A stretch of DNA of 63,539 nt, the filler included, from Reclinomonas americana ATCC 50394 (Eukaryota): the NCBI GenBank assembly GCA_048213135.1. It is 9 parts of 6 records of this genome, joined end to end, with 100 filler letters (N's around TTAATTAATTAA, not from the genome) between each part and the next. Parts side by side here need not be neighbours in the genome. Positions count along the whole stretch, not along the records: positions 1 to 24,246 come from PS015259.1; positions 24,347 to 32,352 come from PS015260.1; 7 more parts are not named here. One strand, 5' to 3'. Under the pieces are notes generated by a model. That model did no database searches and was not told where the DNA came from. It saw only the letters and a program-made list of their open reading frames with translations. Below are positions 14,101 through 27,103 of this stretch, one piece after another (position 1 is the stretch's first letter; every line of letters begins with the position of its first letter). Position numbers and translations under genes: made by a program.

Positions 14101-17100
14101 TGCGTAACAGCCCGCATCACAACGGTGCTGAGAATGTCCAACGGTGGTTGCGAGGACTCCATAGACCCGCTGCGAGAAAGGAGGGCGGAGGTCAGTCACG
14201 TGTCTCGCAGATGACATTTTGCCTTGCGTTCTCTCCCTCTCCCTCTCCCTCTCCCTCCCTCCCTCCCTCCCTCCCTCTTTCTNNNNNNNNNNNNNNNNNN
14301 NNNNNNNNNNNNNNNNNNNNNNNNNNNNNNNNNNNNNNNNNNNNNNNNNNNNNNNNNNNNNNNNNNNNNNNNNNNNNNNNNNNNNNNNNNNNNNNNNNNN
14401 NNNNNNNNNNNNNNNNNNNNNNNNNNNNNNNNNNNNNNNNNNNNNNNNNNNNNNNNNNNNNNNNNNNNNNNNNNNNNNNNNNNNNNNNNNNNNNNNNNNN
14501 NNNNNNNNNNNNNNNNNNNNNNNNNNNNNNNNNNNNNNNNNNNNNNNNNNNNNNNNNNNNNNNNNNNNNNNNNNNNNNNNNNNNNNNNNNNNNNNNNNNN
14601 NNNNNNNNNNNNNNNNNNNNNNNNNNNNNNNNNNNNNNNNNNNNNNNNNNNNNNNNNNNNNNNNNNNNNNNNNNNNNNNNNNNNNNNNNNNNNNNNNNNN
14701 NNNNNNNNNNNNNNNNNNNNNNNNNNNNNNNNNNNNNNNNNNNNNNNNNNNNNNNNNNNNNNNNNNNNNNNNNNNNNNNNNNNNNNNNNNNNNNNNNNNN
14801 NNNNNNNNNNNNNNNNNNNNNNNNNNNNNNNNNNNNNNNNNNNNNNNNNNNNNNNNNNNNNNNNNNNATCCCTCTCTCCATCCCTCTCGCTCACCTTCCG
14901 CCCGCGCTTACTCGTAGCCGATTCGTCACATTGCGCGAGGCACGTGAAGACTCGACAGGCGTGTAGAGCGCCTGATGCAACATGGCCGCAGCCTCCTCCG
15001 CCATTGCACGAATCGGGCCTGTGGCACTCGATGGCGCATCCACCGCGGCATTGGATGTCTTGGACACGAAATCGGCGACGCGAGCCGGGGCCGTCTGTTC
15101 CAGCAAGTGAGACACACAGACTTGAAGAATAACAAGTGTGATCATCAGGGCATGCGTGTAGACGCAACCGTAGCGGAATCCTCTTCGTCCGACGGCTGCA
15201 GCATCATGGCCGACACGCCCAGCGGCTTGCTGGCAGTTGTCACAATGCACACGCGCGCCAAATCCAGTGCCAGCAGACCAACAACGTCGCTAAACACCTC
15301 GTGTCTTGCAGTGTCCGGCGCCACACCACCGCGTTCGTACACGTCCTTCAGGGACACCACCTATTGCACAGAAAGGTCAGCGATGCAGAGTGAGCACACA
15401 ACAGAACGCCGAAAATGTACCTCGTCGACTTCCGCAGTGTTGGAACTGACAAAGAGCCGAATGGTGTGGTTCAGCAGGCGCAGCAGGCGACATACAAACG
15501 CGTATGGTCGACGACTCAGCCAGTCACTGCGATGCAGGCAGTCAGTCAATACATGGTTGAAAGGCGGTGTGCCAGCACGAAGAAAAACGCAACATAACAA
15601 ATTCCCGGTTCAAGCTGCGCAGCAGGTACACCGCACACAGCAGCAACTCCCGCTGGTCCTCCTCCGTGTAGAACTCGATCAGCAGGACCGAATCGATAAT
15701 CTATAGAAAGCGTGAGGTGATGGCAATGAAAAAAGACGCCAGCACCAGGCAATCAAACGCAACAGTGGACAACAGAGGCAAGTACATGGCCGCGAGACGA
15801 TGTCTTCCATCCGGCGTCTGATACTTCGAATCGAGGTCGTGCTGGCGGAAGAGTTGGCGCACAGCGGCGATTCCCTGTGGAAGGAATGAGTGCTGGGGGA
15901 ATAGAAGGAACGAGGAAGTAAACAACGAGATGCACACCAGCCGCCTCGTCTGCAACGTCGGCTCCTCCAACACCTGCACAAACACGGCGGAGAGCCACTG
16001 CGGCAGAGTCGGCAGAATCGGCTGCGGGTGCGTCGACTGCAGCGGCGCCGTCACCTGGATGCCGGACAAGTCCAGCAGGTACGGCACATCGAGCAGCACA
16101 CGCAGGAACTCCATGCGCATTGTCAGTGCGCACGCAGGCGGCGTCATCAGGGTAGCTGAGGGCAGAGGGCGCTCAGCATGTGGCGGAGGGCAGGTAGCAT
16201 TATCGAGAAGAAAAATACTCAACTCGTCACCGGGCCAATCACCGAGTTGGAGCGACCACGCGAGGCCGACGACATTGACTCGCCAGCGGCACCAGCGCTC
16301 GATGCATCGTCGACCGCGCGCTTGTCCCTGACACCGCGGCCCCACTGGAAGCCAGTGTTTTCCATAAAGGATGTCACCTGTGAAAAAGAGAGTCAGCGAG
16401 CGAAGGGGAAAGGGCTGGATTTCGAGTTGGCGGACGCACCAAATGCATGACAAACGACAGATCGACGAGGCCAATGAGATCGCGCACAAAGAGCGCCACA
16501 GCGCGCACCATCTCTGTGGCGGTGAACACGGACTTGGCGTCGTACGACTGGTTCTTCATCAAGTGGAACGCCTGGTGCGTGACACCCTCCAGGATCAACG
16601 ACACCATGTCCATCATGTCGGCCTCCAAGTCGTGTTCGTCGTCGTTCATCAATGCATCCTACGCGCACATAAACATCATCGGTTACGGATGCCTGGGTTG
16701 GAAACACCGCCGCTGCTACACATGACGCACATCATCCAGACGCAAGTCGCCAGATCCGTGACGGCTGCGGGGCGCACTTCCCGGCTGCGACTCGTTCCGC
16801 TTGAGGAACAAAATCAGGCTCTTGATGAGGATGTCCATGAAGAACCAGGTGAAGCGATTCAGGTCACCGAGAGCCTCGGTAACCAGCCGCTCCGACTCAC
16901 GGCGATCCTCTCCACGAATAATAATGGGCAATCGCGGCGTGTCGCACTGCGGAGAGCAAGAAAGAAACGCTTCAACACACAAAGAAAATAAAAGTGCGGC
17001 GATACGCACGGAAAATCACGAACCTCGGCCTCGAGCCGACGACCCACAGCCAGCATCTCAGCCTGCTGCTCCAAATCGGACGCCGTCGGCAGTGAGCGTG

Positions 17101-20100
17101 TGAATCGGTGCAGCAGCAAGGCGAACTCGATACGGCGTTGATTGGCGCGCTTGATCTCGTCGTCGTCTTCAAACTGCAGCAGCGAATGAAAGGGGAATAA
17201 GCATGTGATTTGACAACAAGGAGTCATCGAGGTATGATAATGCACGCAACGTTGACGTCTTCTGCAACCTCCTCCACGTCCTCCAACTCATCTGCATGAG
17301 TGGCCGACGACACGAGAGAACGCTCATCCTCCAGCGGCAGGTCAGCAAACGCGGAGCCAGCGGCCGGTGGCGGGCTGACCGGTGGTTCGTCGATGGCGGG
17401 AACGGCGTCGGCTTTGGTGCTGATGAGGCCACTGGAGGGACTGACCATCACGCGACTCACATCCGAGGCCAGCGATGGACTGGTGGCCGAGCGGAGTGTG
17501 GCCAGAGGCACGGAACTGGCACGACGAGCGAGGCGGGCACGCAGATCGTCAATGGCCTGCGGTGTGAACAGGTCGTCGTACGACAGCAGCTTCAGCCACT
17601 CCTCCATCAGCACCAAGTGGAACGGCCGCTCCGTGTCCATGCTGTCGAAAATGTACTGCACATACGACGACAGCAGCGTGTTCTGTCGAGTGCTGTACGA
17701 CAGCGACTGCACCACCGGATCTGCTGCGAACAGAAGAGGGGCCAGGATCAATGCAACGAGGAGAAAAAGTACGCTTCAACAATCACTGCTGCTGTTGCAC
17801 ACACACACCTGCCGACAATGACGAGGAGGACGCAGAGCCCAGCAACTGCCGGCGCGACGATGAAGTCAGCGACGCCGCAGACGGCAGAGTCGGGACCACA
17901 TTGTGCGTTGACACGCCACGCATCAGTCTGATGGACATGGCGAGGGCGCTCGAATCGTCACCACCCGAATCGGCACCTAATACACAACGCGCGCGTGAGT
18001 TCTCAGAGTCAGCAGCATCAACGCTCGAGTGGCTGCAATAACGCACCAGCCGAGGCGACAACGGTGCGACGCTCGCGCTGCATCTCGAGAGCCTTGGCCG
18101 ACTCGCGCAGCAGCGACAGCAAGGTGATGAAGCACGTGCGTTGCACATGGGAAACACTCTCCATGAACTGCGCAGTACAAATGAGAAGCCGTGGTGACGA
18201 CGACCAAAATAGACGGAGCGCACGCACCCGCTGTGATCCACGATCGGGAGGCGAGGCAGCCATGCGGGGCGCCGACAATCCAATGGCCACCGAGTGCCGT
18301 CTGGGCGACGGCTGACTCTCTCCGCCGCTGAATGAGCCGCGCGATGTGGGCGACGAGCCAAGTGCGTTGCGTGGTGAATCCGGCGATCCAGAGAGCATGC
18401 TGATCGGCGCTGCTCCCGCCGTCGGCGGCGATGCCAGTGCGTCAGACAGGCGCAATGGCGGAGTCGAGCCGGAGGGCAGAGAGTTGCGCGGCGAGTTGAG
18501 CGGCGAGTTGCGTGGCGACGACAATTTGACGGTCTCCGACAACTTCTCGGCGAGAGCATGCGTGGTGATCTTTTCCTCCACAGGCTTGGGCGCGGCCGCC
18601 GTGCCTGCGCAGAGCGAACACCAACATGGGGTGAGTGAATGACAATCGAGAAAGAATCAGCTTACGTGGCACACGAACCTTGCAACATGGACGTGAGCAG
18701 CGATGTCATTCGCTCCGGCGCCTTCTCCATCGAGACAAAGGTGGTCGATCTGCGCGATCCGCGGGGTGAAGAAGTGCCGCCAGTCGCTGCAGCAGCGGCC
18801 GCTGCCGTCGCTGCCAGCGGGTTCTGCTGCTCCGGCGTGCTCATGACAGAGTTGCTGCGCGGCGATTCCAGCGAGTCACCGGCAGTGCTGTGCGAACGCT
18901 CTCGCAGGCCGAACGAAAAACGGTGGCCCTGCACGAATCACATGAGCAACGACACATATAAAAAAGAGTGTGGCGCAGGTGAGCATGAATACTTACCGCG
19001 CTCTGGCGCGGCGATGCAGGTCCGCCTGCGCCACTGAGGCCGCGAGTCGGTCTCGGCTGCAACATCAGTGCACCGGCAGCACCGAGCGCACTCAGTGTGG
19101 GAGCATCGGTGGCCGAGCGCGGCGACGCAAGCGACGCCGAGCTGCCGCCGTTCGACTTGATCAGCGACATGGCCTTTTCCGAGGCACTGGCGGCTTGCGG
19201 AGCTGCGCACGGATGTGGAAGGGTGAGCGAAAATATACAAGCGCAGAATAATATGACACAGAGTGGACGCAACGCGAGGTCTGTTGCAGTGCCGCCAGAT
19301 TCAAGGCGGGCACGGGTGATCCCTTTTGCGAGCCGGGCGACGAGAGCGTTGGCGACGTCACTCCAGTCAGGTTGAGTGGCGGAAGGATCGGTGACCGCGA
19401 TTGCGCAGCGACGTTGGCGGGAGGTGAGAAGGCACTGGGCGATGACATGCCCAGTGGCTCCATGCCACCGCCAAAGCCACCACCGCCGCCAGAGCTGCCA
19501 CCTCCGTCGACCATCACCAGGCGAGGCACTTGCGCCATGGTTTGCAACAGCAGATTGAGAAGTACCTACGCCGCCAAGACAGCTTTGAGGAAGGAAGCAG
19601 GAGCAGGGTAGAAGTAAGTCAACATCCACGCAACGGGCAAGTATGGAAGCAGACGTGAAAAGTCGGCCTGACGCAGTCCACTCATCGTCTCGCGACATTG
19701 GCCCAGGGCGGCCTCCAGGAAACGCACATTGCGCTTGCCACGACTGAGCGGAGGAGCAAGATATGAGACGGCAATAGGAAGAGGATCGAGCACAAATCAA
19801 CGCACGTGAATTCCAGCGTGTCGAGAAGCGGAGAGCAGCCACTGTAGAACTTGTTGACCGAATCATCCTGCGGCTGAATGGTGCTGACGAGACGCGTGCG
19901 GCACGTAAACAGCTTGCGACCGCCAGCCACCACCGGACATCTGTGTGAAAGCATGTAAGAGACCACGCACAACCCCACGAGCACGCTACACACGAAACGT
20001 CGAGCGCGGTCCGTGCTCCATGTAACCGGAGAGGAGGCCGGTGTACACCTCCAACTCGTGCTCCTTGTCCGCAATGATGCCCTCCTCGAAAATGGGCATG

Positions 20101-23100
20101 ATGGAGTAACCCAGCAGCGTCTGCAAGTTCCATGAGAAACACAGGAGAAATAGGTGAAAAAAAGAGTCATTACGCGGGCAGCTGACCTTGGTGGCCGGCA
20201 CCAGCTCGTTGGTGCTCACAATGTTGCGGCGACTGCTAATGTTGTAGAACAAGAACAGGAGATGGTGCTTGCGCTGGAACGGCACCGGCAGGTTGACGCG
20301 GAATTCGTCAAAGAACTGCGGGTTGCGCACATTGTAGTGGACCTCCGACTGCGCCATCGGGCAAAACTTGGGCGAGCCGTGCTTTGTGCGGAACGCACTC
20401 AGTGTGCCAGGCAACAGCTCGTCGCCGCCACCGCCCGATGGTGACGGCGGTGCGCCACTGCCATCGCTCCCGGCCAGCGATCCAATCGGGTACGGCAGGT
20501 CATCCGTGTCGCGCAGAATGGCCTGTGCGTGCGCGCGGAAATGAGGTGTGGCGCTGAGATTGCAGCTGGTGCATGTCCGTGCACACTCACCCTCACGAGG
20601 ATGTTCCGTGCATCGCGCACACCGCCAAACCGTGCCACCAACGGGTACACAAAGAGTTCGTGCTGATACGTAAAGTACGGTGTGCGCGGGATGCTGGTGG
20701 GAATCTCCTGCACCAGTGTGTAACTGCGCAGCAGGCGCTCCTCGTACCTAATCACCGCGGAAGGTCGTGGACGATGTGAGCGCGGATGATAATTCAGAGA
20801 TCTAACAATGACGCAACAGGAAACGCTGGTACAGCATTTGCTGCTCGTCGCGGCGACTCTTCTTGGCCAGCTTTCGCAGCGCTTGCTGGGCCTGATCGCA
20901 CACTGATGTAAGACACAAGCTTGACCATGATGAGCATTCGCCGAAATGTGGAACGCACCCTGCCACGCGAGACAACGGCGCCGTCGTCCTCCGCCTCGTC
21001 CTCGGTGGCGGAATCCGAGTCGTCCGAGTCGTCTGCCGCAGCGTCGGGAATGGATGAACCGTTCGCCGACCTGGCGGTTGACTTGCGACGCTTGCGCTTC
21101 TCCTCAGCATCGAGGTCGGCCAGTGTCGCGTCATCAATGTCGGCGGCGATTGGACTGAGGGCGGAGGAGTGCGGTGAGTCCATGGAAGGGAGAAAGAAAG
21201 GAGGACGAATCATGGGGGTTCACGCAACGTGACGCTGAGTGCAATGTGGCCGGGAATCATGCGGAGGTGCATGTCGGCATTGCCCGAGTTGATGTACTCG
21301 CAAAAGTCGAACGGGCGTGATTCGTCCGAGGCCGGAACCTGAGAGGCAGTCGATTAGCAAGGAAAAGTAATCTTGCACGCATACACATTCTTCTTCGTGG
21401 ATCGGCAGTCGCGTGCGCGCGCGCGCGCTCTCTCTCTCTCCCCTCAAAGAACGCTGATTCTCACCTGATACAACGGCCGCAGACGAATGTAGCCCTTGCG
21501 CATGTGCAACCGTTCACCCGGCGACGTGCCCTCCGACGAAATGTCCATGGTGGCGAAATCACGATCCTGCGTGCGACGCGACGCCAGCTCGGCCTCGCGA
21601 TGAAAGAGCGGCAGCGCGGTCCACACAAAGGGCTCGCGGTAGTCGCCGTACTGAATGCACACCTCGCGTGCCTTCAGGCGTGCCATTCTGTTGCATGCGA
21701 GTGAGATTGGTCTTCACCCGAAGAAGCAAGACAACAACAATAACCGCCGCAACTCAGATGGCACAAAGTTCTTGTCCTCGGCTGCCAGCCGCACGGACGT
21801 GTAGGGGCGATGCGTGGTGCTCTCGGGTGCACCCTGCAGCACCTTTTCCACCCACATCACCAGCGCCACTGCGCGGAGGGGGGGGGGGGGGGGGGGGGGC
21901 AGGGAGGGGGGAGGGAGGAGGAGGTGGAGGAGGAGGGAAGGGGGAGGGAAGGGAAGGAAGGGAAAGGGAGAGAGGAAAGGGGAGGAGGAGGAGGAGGAGG
22001 GAGGAGGNNNNNNNNNNNNNNNNNNNNNNNNNNNNNNNNNNNNNNNNNNNNNNNNNNNNNNNNNNNNNNNNNNNNNNNNNNNNNNNNNNNNNNNNNNNNN
22101 NNNNNNNNNNNNNNNNNNNNNNNNNNNNNNNNNNNNNNNNNNNNNNNNNNNNNNNNNNNNNNNNNNNNNNNNNNNNNNNNNNNNNNNNNNNNNNNNNNNN
22201 NNNNNNNNNNNNNNNNNNNNNNNNNNNNNNNNNNNNNNNNNNNNNNNNNNNNNNNNNNNNNNNNNNNNNNNNNNNNNNNNNNNNNNNNNNNNNNNNNNNN
22301 NNNNNNNNNNNNNNNNNNNNNNNNNNNNNNNNNNNNNNNNNNNNNNNNNNNNNNNNNNNNNNNNNNNNNNNNNNNNNNNNNNNNNNNNNNNNNNNNNNNN
22401 NNNNNNNNNNNNNNNNNNNNNNNNNNNNNNNNNNNNNNNNNNNNNNNNNNNNNNNNNNNNNNNNNNNNNNNNNNNNNNNNNNNNNNNNNNNNNNNNNNNN
22501 NNNNNNNNNNNNNNNNNNNNNNNNNNNNNNNNNNNNNNNNNNNNNNNNNNNNNNNNNNNNNNNNNNNNNNNNNNNNNNNNNNNNNNNNNNNNNNNNNNNN
22601 NNNNNNNNNNNNNNNNNNNNNNNNNNNNNNNNNNNNNNNNNNNNNNNNNNNNNNNNNNNNNNNNNNNNNNNNNNNNNNNNNNNNNNNNNNNNNNNNNNNN
22701 NNNNNNNNNNNNNNNNNNNNNNNNNNNNNNNNNNNNNNNNNNNNNNNNNNNNNNNNNNNNNNNNNNNNNNNNNNNNNNNNNNNNNNNNNNNNNNNNNNNN
22801 NNNNNNNNNNNNNNNNNNNNNNNNNNNNNNNNNNNNNNNNNNNNNNNNNNNNNNNNNNNNNNNNNNNNNNNNNNNNNNNNNNNNNNNNNNNGGCAGGGAA
22901 GGGGGAGCAGGGTGAGTGGCAAGGGGGAAGGCGAAGGGGGGAAGACGGAAGGAAAGAAGGAAAAGGGGAAGGAGAGAAGGGGGCAGGGAGAAGGAGGAAG
23001 GGAGAAGGGGGAAGGCTAAGGCAGGAAGAACAAAGAGGAGAAGGAGAGGGCGGGATGATCAAAAAGGAGGAGACGGAAAGGGGAAGGCGAAGGGAGAAAT

Positions 23101-24246
23101 CGAAGAGGGAAGACAAGGGGAAGACAGGAGAAGAGAAAGTGGAGGTTGAGCAAGTGGCAAGAGGATAGAGAAGGCAAGCACCATGGAACGAAGACCGGAA
23201 CGAGATGAATAGAATGTGCTGCTATACGTCCTCCCGCCTCTCTCGCTCTTCATCTCCCTCTCACACACACCTGCTGGATCGGGATTGGTCAGCGAAAAAA
23301 GAGCCCGTGCCACCGACGGTGATCCCGAATCGCGACCAAACTCAAACGCCGTCTGCTGCGCCCCGCTGCTGGTCGGCAGCAAAGTGTTCAGCGAACGCGC
23401 ATTGAGTTGGAAATAAAAGGTCTCCGACAACTTGGCCCGGGTCTTGATGTTGTACAGAGCGAGTCCACAAAACATGGGCTCCAGATCACCCGCCTCGAAC
23501 CACAGTCGGTGCGCCGTGACGACAAACTTGGTGGCACTGCAGCGTCACGCGACCACCAACATTAGAAGATCTCCACGAAAAAGAAAACTCACACATGCTG
23601 ACGCGGACGCAACGCCTTGAGCGGATATGGCGGCACCAATTGGCGATGGCACAGCTCACGCTCGGCGCCACCATTCCACTCCGTGTTGCCGTCAAACAAC
23701 TCAAACACTGGTCGCGAAGAGGTGGCCTGTGGCGAGAGGAGATGAGAGGCGAAGAATGAAGAGAGAGAGAGAGAGAGAATGCTACGCAGGGAGAAACGCA
23801 CCGACTGGAGATCCACAGACTTGTACTTGTTGGTTTTTCTCCGCACGACTTTCCACTCGCCACGAAATAGCCGGAAGCTCTCACGAACGGGTGGTGGCAG
23901 CAGTTTCGGGTCGACATTCTGCAGCAGATAGAAGGGGGCGGTGAGTCTCGCAGGATGTCACAAGAGAATCGACAATGCCGACGGAACTGGAAACTGAAAG
24001 TTCTTGATGGGCATTGGCCGCTCCTCAGCCTCCACCACAATCTTCTCCAACGTGGCGCCGAGAAGGCCCTTGTCTTGAGGTCTTTCGGTGGTGGTGCGGT
24101 CACTGGACAAGTGAGAGAAGAGTGAGAGGCGAACACAATAAGAGCGCGTCTCAATCCGAGAAGAGAGAAGATTCAAGGGAAGAAAGAGGGAGAGACAGGG
24201 CGCGGGAGAGAGAGAAAAAGAGGATGGTCGCGCAAGAACCTCCAAG
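11150..24246 (-). CDS. DOCK-C/D (zizimin-like) scaffold with DHR-1/C2 and ARM region, followed by C-terminal RasGEF_N (REM) + CDC25 RasGEF domain; 5' end truncated
   Basis: DOCK motifs LEPMFCGLALYNIKTRAKLSETFYFQLN, YREPFVWTALPLF, HELFVYP..RNILVRV, SEVHYNVRNPQFFDEFRVNLP..KHHLLFLFYNIS and LFRQHDLDSKY..LAAMYLPLL. RasGEF motifs IRAGTVEKLI, FLTYRSF, EIARQLTLVE, NNLNGVHEI, PPCIPYIGLYFTDLVFLDDG and VNFAK..SLKIEPR. Confidence 0.85.
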
Positions 24247-24346
24247 NNNNNNNNNNNNNNNNNNNNNNNNNNNNNNNNNNNNNNNNNNNNTTAATTAATT
24301 AANNNNNNNNNNNNNNNNNNNNNNNNNNNNNNNNNNNNNNNNNNNN
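24247..24346. other. Artificial scaffold linker
   Basis: N44-TTAATTAATTAA-N44 with stops in all six frames. The same linker occurs at 32353, 39510, 45167, 53205, 57986, 60518 and 62301. Confidence 0.97.
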
Positions 24347-25455
24347 TCAATGTCGGCGGCCAGGCGCATGGTCGGCTTCATAAAGTCGAGATTGCCGTGC
24401 TCCTCTTGCTTCTCCAGCAACTCGGGCCGCGCGGCCCACGAGCTGCAAAAGCACAACGGCGTGCAGCAGAGGAGGAATATGGCACTGCACGGTGGTGATG
24501 AGGCAGAGGAAGGGAGAGAAGAGAGCGAGAGGCAAAAAAAAACGCACCACTGCACAAATCTTATCTGTCGCGCGAGGCTGTTTGCTCGCCGCTGCGTGCA
24601 GTCGGCGAATTGTTGGCGGATGAGCGTGTCGTCGGCCTCGGCCGTCACCGCCAGCCACAATTCGCGCTGCTCCACGCGACCCATGGCCGCCGACAGCTCA
24701 CCGCCGCGCACCTTGTCCCACAGATCGGCCACGTACTNNNNNNNNNNNNNNNNNNNNNNNNNNNNNNNNNNNNNNNNNNNNNNNNNNNNNNNNNNNNNNN
24801 NNNNNNNNNNNNNNNNNNNNNNNNNNNNNNNNNNNNNNNNNNNNNNNNNNNNNNNNNNNNNNNNNNNNNNNNNNNNNNNNNNNNNNNNNNNNNNNNNNNN
24901 NNNNNNNNNNNNNNNNNNNNNNNNNNNNNNNNNNNNNNNNNNNNNNNNNNNNNNNNNNNNNNNNNNNNNNNNNNNNNNNNNNNNNNNNNNNNNNNNNNNN
25001 NNNNNNNNNNNNNNNNNNNNNNNNNNNNNNNNNNNNNNNNNNNNNNNNNNNNNNNNNNNCCCCCGTGTCGAGGCACAGCGCCGAGTTGGACAGGTCGTAG
25101 ATCACGAATGAGGGTGTGGAGCGGTCGCGACGGTGGGCGTCGCGTTGGGCGATTGCGTTTTCGGCGATCCGGCGGAGAACTGCGGGGAGGGGGAAGGGAG
25201 GAGTAAGGGGAAGGGAGGGAGGAGTAAGGGGAAGGGAGGAGAAGGAGGAGGAGGAGGAGGAGGAGGAGGAGGAGGAGGAGGAGGAGGAGGAGGAGGAGGA
25301 GAGGGTGAGAAAGTGAGAGCAGAGCAAGAGAGGAGGTGGAGGAAGAGGAGAATGGGAAGAAAAGGAGAAGAGGAAGAAGAAGAAGAGCAACGACGACGAC
25401 AACAACGGCAGCAGCAGCAGCACAACAGGAATGCGAAAACATAACAACAACAACT

Positions 25456-25538
<83 letters not shown>

Positions 25539-26639
25539 GACAACAACAATAACAACAACGGCAGCAACAGCAGCAAGAGGGAACCGAAGAAGAAAGAGAA
25601 AGAGGAGGAAGGGAAGAAGAAGTTGATGCAGGAAAGAAGTTGATGAAGTGAAGGAGAAGAAGAAGAAGAAGACAAGGAGAATAAGAGGAATGAGGAGACG
25701 AAGAACAACAACAGCAACAACGAAGCAGGAGCAGCAGCAGCAAGAGAAAAACGGAGAAGTAAGAGACAGAGGAGGAGGAGGAGAAGACGATGACGGAGGA
25801 GAAGAAGAAGACGACGAACAACAACAACAACAACAACCACTGCAACAAGAGGAAGCTGAAGGAAAGAAGGCAGAAGAAGAAATCCAAACGAACCATGTTC
25901 AGGCAGCTGCACCGTCACGCCGTCGGCGTACCAGAACATCTGCAGTCAAGAGTTCAGCGCTGCCATCTTGCATCCCTACACAGAAACGTGCGAGCCACAC
26001 CATGCCAGTGCGAATCGTGTCGGTTGCTTGCTGCTGACCCTGCCCGGCGGTCGCCGAGAAACCGACCATCGTGGCCTCGTCCAGTCTCGCCAGCGCGGTC
26101 ATCACTCCCTACACCGAGGCGAGTCAGTGCCTGCTCAACGGCGGCAATGCGTGATACAAGGGCACGCAACAGCAGGCGGCTTGCGATAGGCGCGCGCTGT
26201 CAATTTCACACCCGTGCGCATGAGTCGCTGCGTGAGCCACTCCACCTCGCTCGTGCCGGACGGACGCTGCTCCAGACCGTCCACACGGTACTCCTCCGGC
26301 TGCATGGCTTCGACGGCGGTCGGAGTGCGTGGAGGCACCAGCATGTTGAGAATGAAACTGGTCAGGTTGTGCCACGATTGGATCTCGCGCGTGTGCGGGA
26401 TGCAGGTCGTGCGGTGTGTGCCACGCATTACGGCACGCATCTCCTCGTCTGCGGGTTCTGTGGAGCGGGAGGGTGGAGCGGTGCGGGCGGCCACTGCGGA
26501 CATCCAGTGTGCTGTGGCAGCAAGGGGAGTGAGGTGGGAAAGAGAGAGAGAGGCGGAAGAATGCGCAGATCGAACCGGTTGTGGGAGGGGGAGGGGCAGA
26601 GTCGCGGTCGCCCATACGCTGGTACACGGTGTCTGACAT
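24347..26639 (-). CDS. Hypothetical multi-exon protein, 3' end truncated
   Basis: Exon chain MSDTVYQ|PHWMSAV..RKPPA|GVMTALARLDE..|MFWYADGVTVQLPEH|VLRRIAENAIA..|YVADLWDKV..MRLAADI. No family recognised. Confidence 0.55.
25185..25880. repeat. Compound intronic microsatellite (GAG)n/(CAA)n/(GAC)n/(GAA)n
   Basis: Visible trinucleotide runs lying between two exons of the minus-strand gene. Confidence 0.9.
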
Positions 26640-27103
26640 TCTCTCTCTGCCGTTGCGATGGGTGTCGTGTCAAGAACGTGTCGAGGTGGGGTCGACTTGT
26701 GCATGCGGCGTGGTCGTATTTCGTGATCTATTTCGTTGTTGTGTTCGTTGTTGTGTCCCCTCAATGCATTCAGGGCAACGCGACGTTCAACGTGGAGAAG
26801 AGTTCTGGGCACGCGCACGGTGTGACATGGTTGGTCTGCTTGGTGGCAAGTGAATATTATCCGAACACATTTTTTATGCCATACAGACAGCGCGCGTTTA
26901 ATTAGAACAGAACCTAACCACTCCCCACCTTAAGCTTGTCACTCTACAACAGCACGGCCAGCCTGCACACCTCACATCGAACACAGCCGGCGCTGCAGAA
27001 CATGGGAGACGTGAGAATACAAACAAAAAATGAAGCGCAGTGATGTTCCCAATCGCGACGACCACGGACCTGTCTCTTTCTCAAAAAACGCTGGCTGCGT
27101 CGC

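Noticed and set aside
25102-26037. Long poly-amino-acid ORFs, and ORFs running through N gaps
   Set aside because: Products of microsatellites and gaps, not genes.
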